This document shows, piece after piece, positions 1-11,000 of a DNA stretch of 64,000 nucleotides. Source of the stretch: Candidatus Eiseniibacteriota bacterium (GTDB taxonomy: Bacteria > Eisenbacteria > RBG-16-71-46); assembly GCA_031364505.1 (NCBI GenBank), contig JANLWK010000242.1, positions 7,775-71,774 of the forward strand. The letters are read 5' to 3'. The stretch's first letter is position 1, and each line of letters opens with the position of its first letter. Below the pieces are notes generated by a model. It did no database searches and was not told where the DNA came from. It saw only the letters and a program-made list of their open reading frames with translations. The position numbers and the translations under genes were made by a program.

Positions 1-1
1 C

Positions 2-202
2 GACGCGATCGAGGACGGATCGAACGGCCGCGTGGTCGGGGCGCCGGAGCTCGAGTCCGCGGTGATCGACGCCCTCGATCACCCGGAGCGGCGGCGCGAG
101 TGGGCCCGCGCCGCACTCGTCAGCGTCGCGGAGTTCGGCGTGGAGGCGATGGTGGATCGCACGCTCTCGGAATACGCGAGGGTGCTCGCCGCGCCGCGGT
201 GA
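2..202 (+). CDS. 3'-terminal fragment of an upstream gene (unknown, possibly glycosyltransferase-like C-terminus); 5' end outside window
   Basis: Open frame from position 2 to TGA at 200-202 translating to ...DAIEDGSNGRVVGAPELESAVIDALDHPERRREWARAALVSVAEFGVEAMVDRTLSEYARVLAAPR*. Codon usage consistent with neighbours. Function guessed only from general resemblance to GT C-termini. Confidence 0.3.
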   Translation, partial: DAIEDGSNGRVVGAPELESAVIDALDHPERRREWARAALVSVAEFGVEAMVDRTLSEYARVLAAPR

Positions 203-371
203 CCCTGGCCCCGGGCGGGCGACGGCCCGAGGCGCGGCTCCAAGGTTGACGGCGCCGTGACATCATCGCGGGGATCGCGTGAGGGGTGGTGGCGTCCAAC
301 AGGTTGGCGGGATTGGCGGAAGAATTGCTTTGAAACACGGCACTGTGGCCGCCCGACACCTCGTCGGGTCT

Positions 372-400
372 TGACGTCGGACCTCAGGCGACTTAGCCTG
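372..400 (+). promoter_or_regulatory. candidate sigma70-type promoter upstream of rseP (TTGACG-17 nt-TAGCCT)
   Basis: TTGACG at 372-377, 17-nt spacer, TAGCCT at 395-400, followed by AAGGAG (421-426) and ATG at 436. Pattern match only. Confidence 0.2.
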
Positions 401-435
401 CTCCGAACTCGTTTTCGAACAAGGAGTTGTCCGCG

Positions 436-1803
436 ATGGGGAACATGGTGTTGCCGGGTGCCGTGCTGCTCGGGGTGGTCATTTTCGTCCACGAGCTCGG
501 CCATTTCCTGATGGCCAAGTGGCGCGGCGTGCGCGTGCTGCGCTTCGCGCTCGGATTCGGCCCGAAGCTGTGGGGCTTCACGCGAGGCGAGACCGAGTAC
601 TGCCTGTGCTGGATTCCGCTCGGCGGATACGTGCAGATGGCGGGCGACCACCCGGACGAAGGCGGCGGCATGCCGGGCGGTCGCGACGAGTTCCTGTCTC
701 ACCCATGGTTCGGCCGGGTGCTCATCGCCGTCGCGGGCCCGGCGGCGAACCTGGTCACCGCGTTCCTGCTGCTCGTGATTGTCGGGCTCATCGGCGTCAC
801 GTATCCCGACTATCCGAACCGCCTGGGTGCTACCCCCGACACCAGTGTCGCTGCGCGCCGGGGACTCCGCGAGGGCGACGCCATCGTGTCGGTGGCGGGG
901 AAGCCCACCGGTTCATGGGTCGAGATCTTCGTCCGCAACTCGGACACGAAGGCCGGAACGCCGGTCGAAGTCGTCGCGCGCGGCGCCGAGGGGACCGTGA
1001 CCATCCCGCTCACCGCCGAGCAGCGCGAGCCGTTCTTCTCGAGCCTCCGGCGCCCGTCCGATCCCCCGGTCGTGGGCGCCGTCGCCACGGGCATGCCCGC
1101 CTACAAGGCCGGGATCAAGGAAGGCGATCGCATCCTGTCGGTCGGGGGCGCGCCGATCACGTCGTGGGACGAGCTGCCGCTCGCCTTCAAGGGCCAGGTC
1201 GACCGGCCCGTGCGCATCCGGATCGTGCGCGACGGCCAGACGCGCGATCTCACCGTGACGCCGATGGACCCCGAGGGCCGCGGCCGCGAAAACGGACGCA
1301 TCGGCATCGAGCCGCCGCGGCGCTCGATCTACACGGAACGCCACGGGCTCCTCGAGTCGGTGGATCTCGGGTTCCACGCGACGGGCTCGCTCGTCCAGTC
1401 GGTGTACGCCGGTATGTGGCTCACCGTGAGCCGTCCGCTCTACTACCGCGAGTACGTCGGCGGGCCGCTGTTCATCGCCCAGGCGGCCCGGCAACAGGCG
1501 CGCCGCGGCCTCGACTCCTATCTCCAGTTCATCGCGATGATCAACGTCGCGATCATGGCCTTCAACCTGCTCCCGCTGCCGGTCCTCGACGGCGGCCACA
1601 TCCTGCTCGCGCTGCTCGAAGCCGTCCGGCACCAGGCGATCTCGGCGCGCGCCTACCTGCGGTTCCAGAAGGTGGGACTCGTGGTGCTCGGCACGCTGCT
1701 GGTGATCATCCTGGCGAACGATCCGCTGCGGCTCGTGCAGCGGCACCGCGCCCTCGATCAGCGGCCGGCGAGCCCGGAGCGATCGGCGCCGGCGACGCCC
1801 TAG
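436..1803 (+). CDS. rseP: RIP site-2 metalloprotease RseP (zinc metalloprotease with PDZ domains)
   Basis: HELGH zinc-binding motif near the N-terminus, two PDZ-like segments, C-terminal LDGGH motif, multiple TM helices. AAGGAG 9 nt upstream of ATG 436 (ORF-track TTG at 427 sits directly on the SD so is less likely). Conserved position immediately upstream of an Omp85 gene, as in rseP-bamA of proteobacteria. Confidence 0.9.
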   Translation: MGNMVLPGAVLLGVVIFVHELGHFLMAKWRGVRVLRFALGFGPKLWGFTRGETEYCLCWIPLGGYVQMAGDHPDEGGGMPGGRDEFLSHPWFGRVLIAVAGPAANLVTAFLLLVIVGLIGVTYPDYPNRLGATPDTSVAARRGLREGDAIVSVAGKPTGSWVEIFVRNSDTKAGTPVEVVARGAEGTVTIPLTAEQREPFFSSLRRPSDPPVVGAVATGMPAYKAGIKEGDRILSVGGAPITSWDELPLAFKGQVDRPVRIRIVRDGQTRDLTVTPMDPEGRGRENGRIGIEPPRRSIYTERHGLLESVDLGFHATGSLVQSVYAGMWLTVSRPLYYREYVGGPLFIAQAARQQARRGLDSYLQFIAMINVAIMAFNLLPLPVLDGGHILLALLEAVRHQAISARAYLRFQKVGLVVLGTLLVIILANDPLRLVQRHRALDQRPASPERSAPATP

Positions 1804-1858
1804 CGATGCGGCACGGCGGGCGACGGAACGCCCGGTTCGCGGCATACCGAGGAGCTTC

Positions 1859-3823
1859 ATGATCCGACGCCGCGCGCGCGCCATCCGAGGGCGGGCCGTG
1901 GCGACGCGGGTGCTGGCGCTGTTCGCGCTGACGGCGCTCGGGTGCGTCGCGGGCCCACGGAACGCGGCCGCCGACGGCGAATTCCCCACCGAGTTGAAGA
2001 CGATCGAGAAGCTCCGCTTCGAGGGGCGCCATCACGTGTCGCGCAAGGACCTCGTGTCGGTCCTCAAGACCCGCGCGCCCTCGATCTGGCCCTGGAGCAA
2101 GTCGCAATTCCTGCGGCTCGACTTCGTCCGCGCCGATACCGCGGCGATCGAGCAGGTCTACCACCAGCAGGGCTACCTCGACGTGCGGGCGCACGCGCGG
2201 CTCGACAAGGGCCGCCACAGTGACGGCCAGGTCGTGACGTTCGTGATCGAGGAGGGGCGCCGCAGCCGTATCGCCCGCGTCGACTTCCAGGGACTCGACG
2301 CCGTGCCCGAATCGCAGATCCGTCGCAAGCTCTACGCGCGGGCGGGCCGGCCGTTCAACCCGTTGTACGTGCTCGCCGACACCGTGCGCATCGCCGACCT
2401 GTACCGCGAGAAGGGCTACCTGCCGGACGTCGGCGCGCTCGCGACGCGGCAGGGCGACTCGGTGTTCGTGCACTACGCTGTCGTCCAGGGCCCGCTCTAC
2501 CGGTTCGGCCAGGCCAACCTGTCGTCGCCCGAGCAGATCCGCGTGAAGCAGCGGTTGATCCTGCGCGAGCTGGTCTACAAGCCGGGCGAGCCGTACAAGG
2601 CATCGCTCGTCCGGGAGTCGATCGAGCAGATCTACCGCACGGGACTGTTCAGCCAGGTGCAGATGACGCCGCTGCCGGACTCGACGAACCGTGTCGTCGA
2701 GTTCGACCTGCGCGTGCGCGAGCGCCGGCCGCGCTGGCTCGACGCGGGTGTCGGCAGCGGCACGTCCGAGCGGCTGCGCTTCACCGGCGAATGGGGCCAC
2801 CGCAATTTCAACGCCCGCGGCCTCCAGACGGTGCTGTCGTCCAAGACCGCGTTCGACGGACAGGCCAAGTTCCTGCTGGCGCGCGTCGAGGCGACGCTCT
2901 ACGACCCGTGGGTGCTCGGCGCCCGCCGCCGCGGCCTGACGTCGATCTACTATGAAAACCGCCACGACCGGGCGAACCCGGATTACATCGTGCGGCAGGA
3001 GGGCCGCGGCGTGAGCTTCCAGATCCGCCGCGAGTACCGCAGCCTGACGCGCCTGCTCGTGACGCAGGACAACGCCTTCGTGCGCCAGCACATCGACTTC
3101 ACCGGCGCCATCCCCGACTCGGTGCGGGACTCGCTGATCCTCAACGTGCCGCCCCGCTACTCGACCCACCGGCTCCAGCTCGCGATTGACCGCGACAGCC
3201 GGGACGACCCGATCAACCCGTTCCGCGGGTCGGTGGAGAACTTCTCGGCGGAAATCGCCGGCGGACCGTTCCGCGGCACCAGCAGCTTCACGCGCATCCA
3301 GGCGGTGACCTCGTGGTACCGGACGGTGCGGCGCAACTCGGTGCTGGCGCTGCACGCGCGGGCGGGGGCCATCGACCCGTTCGGCAACGCCACGGCGTTC
3401 CTCCCCGGCGACGTGGACTCGCGCGTGGCGCGCGTGCCGATCGAGGACCGATTCCGGATCGGCGGCGTCAATACGTTGCGGGGATACAACGAGAACGCCC
3501 TGCCGGCCTTGGGCGGCCTGGCCCTGATCCAGGCCAACGTCGAGGTCCGGATGCCGCTCAAGGGCCCGCTGGGCCTCGAGGTCTTCGGGGATGCCGGGAA
3601 TGTCTGGGCGCGGCCGTCGTATGTTCGTGCGGGGGACTTCAAGGTGAGCTTCAGCAACGAGCCCTACGATCCGGGTGACCTGCGGGTCGTCGGGGGCGTG
3701 GGGCTGAGGCTCAACACGCCGGTCGGTCCGTTGCGTTTCGACGTGAGCTGGTCGGCGCGGCCCGATCCGCCGCAGCGCGACCGGAAGCCCCGGACGCAGT
3801 TCGCCATCGGCCCGGCCTTCTGA
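1859..3823 (+). CDS. bamA: Omp85-family outer membrane protein assembly factor (BamA/TamA-like; about three POTRA repeats plus C-terminal beta-barrel)
   Basis: Signal peptide (LALFALTALGCVAG). N-terminal about 270 aa with POTRA-like repeats, C-terminal surface-antigen barrel ending in the aromatic beta-signal ...QFAIGPAF. Synteny rseP -> Omp85 -> TamB. 654 aa is short for a 5-POTRA BamA, so it could be a TamA-type paralog. Confidence 0.85.
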   Translation: MIRRRARAIRGRAVATRVLALFALTALGCVAGPRNAAADGEFPTELKTIEKLRFEGRHHVSRKDLVSVLKTRAPSIWPWSKSQFLRLDFVRADTAAIEQVYHQQGYLDVRAHARLDKGRHSDGQVVTFVIEEGRRSRIARVDFQGLDAVPESQIRRKLYARAGRPFNPLYVLADTVRIADLYREKGYLPDVGALATRQGDSVFVHYAVVQGPLYRFGQANLSSPEQIRVKQRLILRELVYKPGEPYKASLVRESIEQIYRTGLFSQVQMTPLPDSTNRVVEFDLRVRERRPRWLDAGVGSGTSERLRFTGEWGHRNFNARGLQTVLSSKTAFDGQAKFLLARVEATLYDPWVLGARRRGLTSIYYENRHDRANPDYIVRQEGRGVSFQIRREYRSLTRLLVTQDNAFVRQHIDFTGAIPDSVRDSLILNVPPRYSTHRLQLAIDRDSRDDPINPFRGSVENFSAEIAGGPFRGTSSFTRIQAVTSWYRTVRRNSVLALHARAGAIDPFGNATAFLPGDVDSRVARVPIEDRFRIGGVNTLRGYNENALPALGGLALIQANVEVRMPLKGPLGLEVFGDAGNVWARPSYVRAGDFKVSFSNEPYDPGDLRVVGGVGLRLNTPVGPLRFDVSWSARPDPPQRDRKPRTQFAIGPAF

Positions 3824-3824
3824 T

Positions 3825-6800
3825 GTGGACTCGCATGAGCGCATCCCGATGAACGCATCGCACATGAATCCACCGGCGCCTCCGGATCCCGAGCAGCCGC
3901 ACGGGCTGGTCGAGGAGCTGAAGCACGACATCGAGGAGGCCGTCGAGCACGTGCCACCCCGCGTGCGGTGGACCGTGCGCAAGCTCGTGCTGCTCGCGGT
4001 CGCGATCCTGATCGGGCTGATCATCGTCGGTGTGGCGTCGGTCATCCTCTACTACATGAATCGCACCGAGCTCGCCGCCCACGAGCTGACGCTGTTCCTG
4101 AACCACACACTCGCCACGCGCAGCAACGTGCGCATCGAGGTGTCGGACATCCGCGGCAACCCGTTCCGCCAGGTGCGGCTCGTGAATCCCCGCGTCGTGT
4201 TCCGTGACGGCGGGGCGCCGCTGCTCGAGGCGCCGTACATCGACCTCGGCTACTCGCCGATGTCGCTGCTCAGGCCCGGGAACGAGAGCGTCAACATGGT
4301 GGTCGAATCGCCGGTCGTCCGCCTCGCGCGGAACCCCGACGGGTCCCTGCGCGTCCCCACGTGGAAGACGTCGGGGAAGATCGGCAAGCCGCGCGCCTTC
4401 GGCATGCACCTGAGGCTCCGGAACGGGCTCATCATGCTGCCGCGGAAGGACGGGCGGGTCGAGGGGCTCGATCTCGACGTATTGCTCTCGACCGGTCCCC
4501 AGACGCACGCGCTGGTCAAGTCGCTGCGCTGGAGACGCGGGCCGTTCGAGACGCGTTCGCTCGAGCTGGCGGGCGAGATCAGCGCCGGCGACAGCGTGCG
4601 GTTCGACGTCCGCCGCCTGCGCACCGAGGACGCCGAACTGTCGGCCGTGGGCGGGTGGCTCAAGGGGGAACGCGGCAAGGACGTGCACCTGACGCTCGAC
4701 CGCATGCGCTGGACCTGGCTCGCGCGCGTGACCGGCAACCACGCCTTCGACGTGCCCGGCGAGGTCAGGGCCCGCGTGAACGTGCGCGCCGACTCGGTGA
4801 GCCGCGGCGACTTCACGGCGACGCTCACGTGGGACGGCCTGCCGTTCGAGGGTGAGGGCGGCTTCACCTGGAGCGCCGGGCAACTGCGCATCGAGCCGCT
4901 CGCGGCGCGCTCGCCCGCCGGCCAGCTGCGCGGTTTCGCCGACTGGTCGCGCGCCGGCTGGGACGTGGGTGGCGACGTGCGCGACGGCCATCCCGAGCGC
5001 TGGGAAGCGATCGGCGTGCCGGGCTGGCCCGAAGGCAACGTCGCGGGGCGCTTCACCTACTCCGTCCAGACCCACAACCACGTCTCGAACGGCACGCTGA
5101 CGGCGCGCGTCCTGGACTCCGAACTGTCGGGCTGGCGCATCGACTCGTGCGCCGTGACGGCCGACCTGCCCGCGCACGGCGTGCGCACGTTCGACGTGCT
5201 CGCCGCGCGGCGCGGCGGCCACTTCGCGCTCAAGGGGTTGACGACCGAGCACGGCTGGCGCGGCGACTACCGCGTCGCCGGCCTGCCGCTCGACGAATGG
5301 CCGGACGGCCGGGTCTCGGGCATCCACGGCATGCTGGAGTCCGGCGCGGGAACGGTCGAGGCCGTGGGCGGCGGACGCCTGAACGTCACCGGGGACCTGG
5401 TGGGCGCCGGTACGGACTGGCTCGGGATGCACTCCGCGCGGTGGCGGTTGCACCAGGTCAACGGCGCCTTGCTGCCGGCGCCCGATCTCACGAGCTCGGT
5501 CCAGCTCGAGGACATGATGTTCCTCGGCGTCCACTGGGACAGTGCCGCGAGCCCGATCCACCTCGGCGACCGCACGCTCGACCTGCTCGGCTCGCGCGTG
5601 TGGGCCGGCGACACGCTGCTCGACCTGTCGGGCCGCGCGGGCTGGAGTGCCGCGGGCTGGCAGCTCGACCTCGATCGCGCCTCGGCGCGCAGCCACCAGT
5701 TCCAGTGGAACGCGGTGCCGCCGGCGCGGTTCAGCGGCGACGCCACCGGCGTGACGTTCCGGCGGCTCGAGGCCCGCGACGGCGCGGCCGGGATCACGGT
5801 CACGGGACGATGGGCGGCGCCCGGCGGGAGCTACGACTGGGAGGGCCGCCTGCGCGACGTGGACCTCGCGCACATCGGCCTCCCCGAGTCGTGGGGGCTC
5901 GGCGGCCGCGTCACCGGCACGCTCACCGTCGACGGCACGTCCGGTGACCCGCGCTGGGCATTCAGCGGCATGGGCGGCTCGCCGGCGTTCGGTGGTCATC
6001 GCGGCGACTCGCTGGCGATCAGCGTCTCGGGTTCGCAGCACCGCGTCGACCTCGGCCGCGGCATGTTCCGCCTGGGCGACGGGACCATCGACGCGCACGC
6101 GCGGTTCAACGATCTCGCCGCCGCGTGGCCGGACTCGCTGACCGGCACGGCGGTGACTCGCTGGCTCGGCACGGCGCGAGCGTGGGACGGCGCGATGGAG
6201 CTCCACGCGATGCCGATCGAGCGCGTGACCGGGCTCAACCCGGCGTCGCAGGGGTGGACGGGCCCGATGAGCGGGACCGTCACGATCGGCGGCAGCCCGG
6301 CGAGCCCCCGGCTCGACGTGCGCGCCTCGGTGGCGCCGCTGGGCTGGCGCGACTTCAGCATCGAGCGCATCGAGGCGGTGGCGCACTACGCGGACGACCG
6401 GCTCCGGATCGAGCGGCTGAGCGCCGCGCGCGACCAGCTCGAGTCGTCGGCGGACGGTGAGATCCCGATGCACCTGTCGTTCCGCGAACCGTCGCGACTG
6501 CTCGACGAGCCGATGCACCTGAAGGCGCAGATCCGGAACGGCGACCTGAAGCTGCTGCCGCGTCTGGTGCCGCAGATCGGCTCGGCGTCGGGGAGCGTCT
6601 CGGCCGAGCTGAACATCCTCGGCACCGCGCGAAAGCCCGACTTCGACGGCACGGCGAGCGTGAGCGGCGCCTCGCTGCGGCTGGCGGGCCGCGACGAAGT
6701 GCTCGACCACGTCTCGGCGCACTTCCGCATGCAGCGCTCGCGGGTCACCCTCGACACGCTGACGGCGCGGCAGGGCGAGCACGGGCGGCTCACCGCGCAC

Positions 6801-7883
6801 GGCGCGCTCACGCTCGACGGGTTCGCGATGAAGGCCTACCGCATCGATCTCGCGATGCGCGAGTTCACCGCCAACGAGCCCGGCGTCTATGCCGTCCAGT
6901 TCGATGGCGACTTCGCGGTGACCGACGGCAGCGTCGTGCGCGGCCAGGTGCTGCCGTACGTCACGGGTCGGGCGCTGGTCCGGCGCGGCGTGATCCTGAT
7001 CGACTTCGCGAACCAGACCGAGGCCGAGCAGCTCGCGGCGTCCAACCCGCCCCTCTACTGGCTCTACAAGGTGGACGTCAACGCGCCGAGCAACCTGCGC
7101 TGGCAGCCGCCGGATGGCGACATCGAGTTCAGCGCCGACCTGACCGCCGAGCAGACGCCGACCGAGCTACGGCTGTTCGGCGAGATGACCGCGGTGCGCG
7201 GCACGTACTACTTCCTCAGCAACCGGTTCGCCATCGATCACGCGACGATCACGTACGACAACGTGGGGGGCGTGAACCCGAGTCTCGACGCCGTGGCGAC
7301 GACGCACATCGTGCCCACCGGGCTGGAAAAGGAAACGCCCCACGACGTGACCGTCACGATCAGCGGCCGGGCCCGCGAGCCGTCGATCGCGTTCGAGAGC
7401 CAGCCGGCCGACTGGGACCAGAACGAGATCCTGCGCCAGCTCACCGTCGGCCGGTTCGTGTCCAAGCAGGGAGTCGCCCAGGGTGACCCGTTCGACAACT
7501 ACCTGACGCGCGCGATCAACCGGACGCTGTCGGCGGAAGTGTCCAGGGCGTTCAAGGGCTACGTGAACGAGTGGGTGATCGATCGGGAGCAGGGCGGCCT
7601 GTTCGGCGGGCAGGGCGAGGTGATCCTCGGCGTGGGCAGCCAGGTCACGCGCAACCTGATGCTGCGCTACCGCCAGCGTGTGCCGGGGCTCGGGCGTGAG
7701 ACCGTGACGACCTCGACGACCAGCACCCCGTTCGAGCGCGACCTGGAGGCCGAATACCGCCTCAACCGGTTCTTCATCATCAGTTCGGAGCTCACCCAGC
7801 GCCGCTCGCTGTCGGGCAACACGACGACGACGTCGACGACGCCGGACTTCAACATCAATCTCAAGGCGCGCTGGGAGTATTGA
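3825..7883 (+). CDS. tamB: TamB-like translocation and assembly module protein (AsmA/DUF490 family), 1352 aa
   Basis: Starts 2 nt after the Omp85 stop (GTG 3825; alternative ATGs at 3849/3864). Single N-terminal TM anchor (LVLLAVAILIGLIIVGVASVILYY), very long beta-rich periplasmic body, Thr-rich C-terminal DUF490-like region. Size and position next to an Omp85 gene typical of TamB. Confidence 0.85.
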   Translation: MDSHERIPMNASHMNPPAPPDPEQPHGLVEELKHDIEEAVEHVPPRVRWTVRKLVLLAVAILIGLIIVGVASVILYYMNRTELAAHELTLFLNHTLATRSNVRIEVSDIRGNPFRQVRLVNPRVVFRDGGAPLLEAPYIDLGYSPMSLLRPGNESVNMVVESPVVRLARNPDGSLRVPTWKTSGKIGKPRAFGMHLRLRNGLIMLPRKDGRVEGLDLDVLLSTGPQTHALVKSLRWRRGPFETRSLELAGEISAGDSVRFDVRRLRTEDAELSAVGGWLKGERGKDVHLTLDRMRWTWLARVTGNHAFDVPGEVRARVNVRADSVSRGDFTATLTWDGLPFEGEGGFTWSAGQLRIEPLAARSPAGQLRGFADWSRAGWDVGGDVRDGHPERWEAIGVPGWPEGNVAGRFTYSVQTHNHVSNGTLTARVLDSELSGWRIDSCAVTADLPAHGVRTFDVLAARRGGHFALKGLTTEHGWRGDYRVAGLPLDEWPDGRVSGIHGMLESGAGTVEAVGGGRLNVTGDLVGAGTDWLGMHSARWRLHQVNGALLPAPDLTSSVQLEDMMFLGVHWDSAASPIHLGDRTLDLLGSRVWAGDTLLDLSGRAGWSAAGWQLDLDRASARSHQFQWNAVPPARFSGDATGVTFRRLEARDGAAGITVTGRWAAPGGSYDWEGRLRDVDLAHIGLPESWGLGGRVTGTLTVDGTSGDPRWAFSGMGGSPAFGGHRGDSLAISVSGSQHRVDLGRGMFRLGDGTIDAHARFNDLAAAWPDSLTGTAVTRWLGTARAWDGAMELHAMPIERVTGLNPASQGWTGPMSGTVTIGGSPASPRLDVRASVAPLGWRDFSIERIEAVAHYADDRLRIERLSAARDQLESSADGEIPMHLSFREPSRLLDEPMHLKAQIRNGDLKLLPRLVPQIGSASGSVSAELNILGTARKPDFDGTASVSGASLRLAGRDEVLDHVSAHFRMQRSRVTLDTLTARQGEHGRLTAHGALTLDGFAMKAYRIDLAMREFTANEPGVYAVQFDGDFAVTDGSVVRGQVLPYVTGRALVRRGVILIDFANQTEAEQLAASNPPLYWLYKVDVNAPSNLRWQPPDGDIEFSADLTAEQTPTELRLFGEMTAVRGTYYFLSNRFAIDHATITYDNVGGVNPSLDAVATTHIVPTGLEKETPHDVTVTISGRAREPSIAFESQPADWDQNEILRQLTVGRFVSKQGVAQGDPFDNYLTRAINRTLSAEVSRAFKGYVNEWVIDREQGGLFGGQGEVILGVGSQVTRNLMLRYRQRVPGLGRETVTTSTTSTPFERDLEAEYRLNRFFIISSELTQRRSLSGNTTTTSTTPDFNINLKARWEY

Positions 7884-7951
7884 CCCCGGCGCCGGTGCCG
7901 TCGCGGGCGACGCGACGGACCCGGGACCGGCGGCGCGGTGTACACTGTGGA

Positions 7952-7970
7952 GGGCTCCTCAGGGGAGCCT
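7952..7970 (+). terminator. short GC hairpin (GGCTCC tcag GGAGCC) followed by a weak T-run between tamB and the next gene
   Basis: Seen in the sequence; weak intrinsic-terminator or attenuator candidate only. Confidence 0.15.
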
Positions 7971-8003
7971 TCGTTCCGGCCGGGACGGCGAAAGGGTCCA
8001 GAC

Positions 8004-11000
8004 ATGATGCAGAGAGGGTGGGGCCTCGCGTGGGTCCTCCTGTTCCTCCTCGTGCCGGCCGCGGCACACGCCCAGTACTTCGGGCAGAACAAGGTTCAGT
8101 ACAACCGCTACGACTGGAAGTCGATCGAGTCCGATCACTTCGAGGTTTACTTCTATGCGGGGCTCGACAGCCTCGCGATGCGGGTGCTCGACCTGGCCGA
8201 GAAGACGAACGTCGTGCTGTCGAAGCGGATGGGACACTCACTGGGCCGCAAGGTCCCCATCATCCTCTACGGGTCGCACAACGACTTCTCGCAGACGAAC
8301 GTCACGCCCGAGCTGATCGGTGGGGGCACGGGCGGCTTCACCGAGGTGCTGCGCAACCGCGTCGTGCTGCCGTTCACCGGCTCGTACGAAGATCTGAGAC
8401 ACGTCGTCGTCCACGAGCTGACGCACGCGTTCATGTTCGACATGCTGTACCAGGGCTCGGCCGCGGCCCTCATCGCCCGCCAGAGCTTCTACAACGTGCC
8501 GCTGTGGTTCGCCGAGGGCATGGCCGAGTACTTCTCGCTCGGCATGGAATCGAACGCCGAGATCTTCCTGCGGGACGGCACGGTCGAGGGGTACCTGCCG
8601 CCGCTCCCGTACTCGGGCGGCTACATCGTCTACAAGCAGGGGCAGTCGGCGGTCAGCTACCTGGTCCGCCGCTACGGCGAGGACCGGCTGCGCGACGTGC
8701 TGCGCCGGGCGCGCCAGATGCGCAACTTCGAGCGGGCGTTCGAGAAGAGCGTCGGGCTCTCCGAGTCCAAGTTCGACGAGCAGTGGCGCACGTGGCTGCG
8801 CAAGCAGTACTGGCCGACGGTGGCGACCAAGGATTCGCCCGAGCAGTTCGCCCGCCGGCTCACCGACCACCGCAAGGACGAGAGCGTGCTGAACACCGCA
8901 CCCGCGATCTCGCCCCAGGGCGACCGCGTCGCGTTCTTCTCGGACCGGCGGCAGTACACCGACGTCTACATCCTGTCGGCACTCGACGGGAAGCTGCTGC
9001 GGCGCGTCATCCGCGGCGAGCGCAACGTCCAGTTCGAGAGCATCCCGTCGTTCCGCAGCACGATGTCCTGGTCCCGCGACGGCCGCCGGCTCGCGCTCAC
9101 GGCGAAGAGCGGCGGGCGCGACGTGCTCTACGTGGTGAACGCCGACGACGGACACGTCCAGAAGCGCATCGAGCTGCCGTGCGAGGCCCTCTACGACCCG
9201 GCATGGTCGCCCGTGAGCGACTCGATCGTCGTCGCGGGCGTCGATCAGGGCCGCTCCGACCTGTGGGTCGTGGACGTCGCCTCGGGCGCGTCGCATCGCA
9301 TCACCGACGACGCCTACGACGAGAAGAGCCCGACGTGGTCGCCGGACGGAACGCAGCTGGCGTTCTCGTCCGACCGCCTGGCGCCCGTCGTCCTCCATCC
9401 GGAGCGCCATCAACTCGGCTTCGGCCGCTACGGGCTGTTCACGCTCGACCTCGCGGGCGGCGCCGTGCGCCCGCTGCTCGATACCGCGGGTGACGACCGG
9501 TCGCCGGCCTGGTCGCCCGACGGGCGGCTCGTGGCGTTCGTGTCGGATTACACCGGTGCGCCGAACATCTTCGTGTTCGACCGCGACGACTCCAGCGTGA
9601 CCCAGCTCACCGACGTGCTGGGCGGCGTCGAGAGCCTGTCGTGGTCGCGGCAGAACGACCGGCTGGTGTTCTCGGCCTACAACCGCGGCGGCTACGACCT
9701 GTTCGCGGTGCGCGAGCCGCTGTCGTCGGCCGGCGTGCTGACCCGGCTCCGCCGCGCCCATCCGGCGGCGGCGCGCACGCTCGCGGCACTGCACGACGAG
9801 GCGCGCGACTCGACGGCGACGCCCCCGTCGCACGCGGCACTGACGATGGCGTGGAACGACTCGCTCGCCTTCGAGCCGTCGAACGCCGCGGAGGCGAAAC
9901 CGGCCCAGCGCGATACCCTGCGGCTCGACCGGCTCGAGCCCGGCCCGGACCCGGGATGGGCGCGCGGCGGCCCGCAGCCGTTCCCCGCGCTGCCCGACAC
10001 CGTGCGCCCGCTCGCCACGCGCGTCCCGCTCCAGGAGACCGGCGGCCCGTTCGCCCTGCCGGACTCCGTGCTCGGACAGCGGGCCTCGCCGTACCGCCCG
10101 CGGCTGGGCCCCGACTACGGCGGCGGCTCGTTCTATGCCGCGACGGGCTACGGATTCATCGGCTCGATGCAGTTCCAGTTCGCCGACTTCCTCGGCAACC
10201 ACAGCCTGTTCGTCGCCACCGACGTGTTCACGAACTCGCTGCAGGAAACGAACGCGCTCGCGATCTACAGCTACCTGCCGCGGCGCTGGGACTATTCCGT
10301 CGGGGTGTTCCACTTCAAGGACTACTTCGACTCGCCGGTGTCGTCGCTGGGCGAGTCGTTCGGCGCCTCGCGGCTGTTCTCGGAGCGGAACTACGGCGCG
10401 CTCGCCTCGGTGTCGTACCCGTTCGATCGCTTCCATCGCGCGGAGTTCGGCCTGACCCAGACGTTCCTCGAGCGCCAGTTCTTCGCCGAGGACGGCTTCG
10501 GCGGCGTCTTCGAGACGGACCGCCAGTTCCGCTCGGTGACGGCGCCGTCGGTGTCGCTCGTCGGCGACAACGCGCTGGTGGGTTACTACGGCCCGGTGAA
10601 CGGCCAGCGCTACAACCTGACGTTCAGCCCGGCGCTCGACGTGTTTCCCAACGCGCTCGTGTACGAGACCGCCACGCTCGACGCGCGCCGCTACTGGGAC
10701 CTGACGCGCGGATACACGTTCTACGGCCGCGTGCTGAGCGGCTACAGCGGCGGCAAGAGTCCGCAGACGTTCCGCGTCGGCGGCTACTCCACGCTGCGCG
10801 GATACCCGAACTTCGACATCCTGGCCTCGCGGCTCGCGATGCTCACGCTCGAGTTCCGCTTTCCGTTCATCCAGCAACTGGGGCTGGTGGGACCGCTGCC
10901 GCTCGGCATGTTCAACCTGCGGGGTGCCGTGTTCGGCGATGTCGGCGCGACGTGGAACAAGGACCAGACACTCCGCGTGTCGCACGTCGTCGACGGCTCG

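Noticed and set aside
1859-3823. Calling the Omp85 gene strictly TamA rather than BamA
   Set aside because: The length suggests about 3 POTRA (TamA-like), but the rseP-adjacent position is the canonical BamA location. This cannot be resolved without a POTRA count and a genome-wide search, so it is reported as BamA/TamA family.
7938-8003. N-terminal 22-aa extension of the Omp85-peptidase ORF (MYTVEGSSGEPSFRPGRRKGPD)
   Set aside because: The residues preceding the obvious signal peptide (MMQRGWGLAWVLLFLL...) are hydrophilic and overlap the tamB terminator-like hairpin, so the start at 8004 is preferred.
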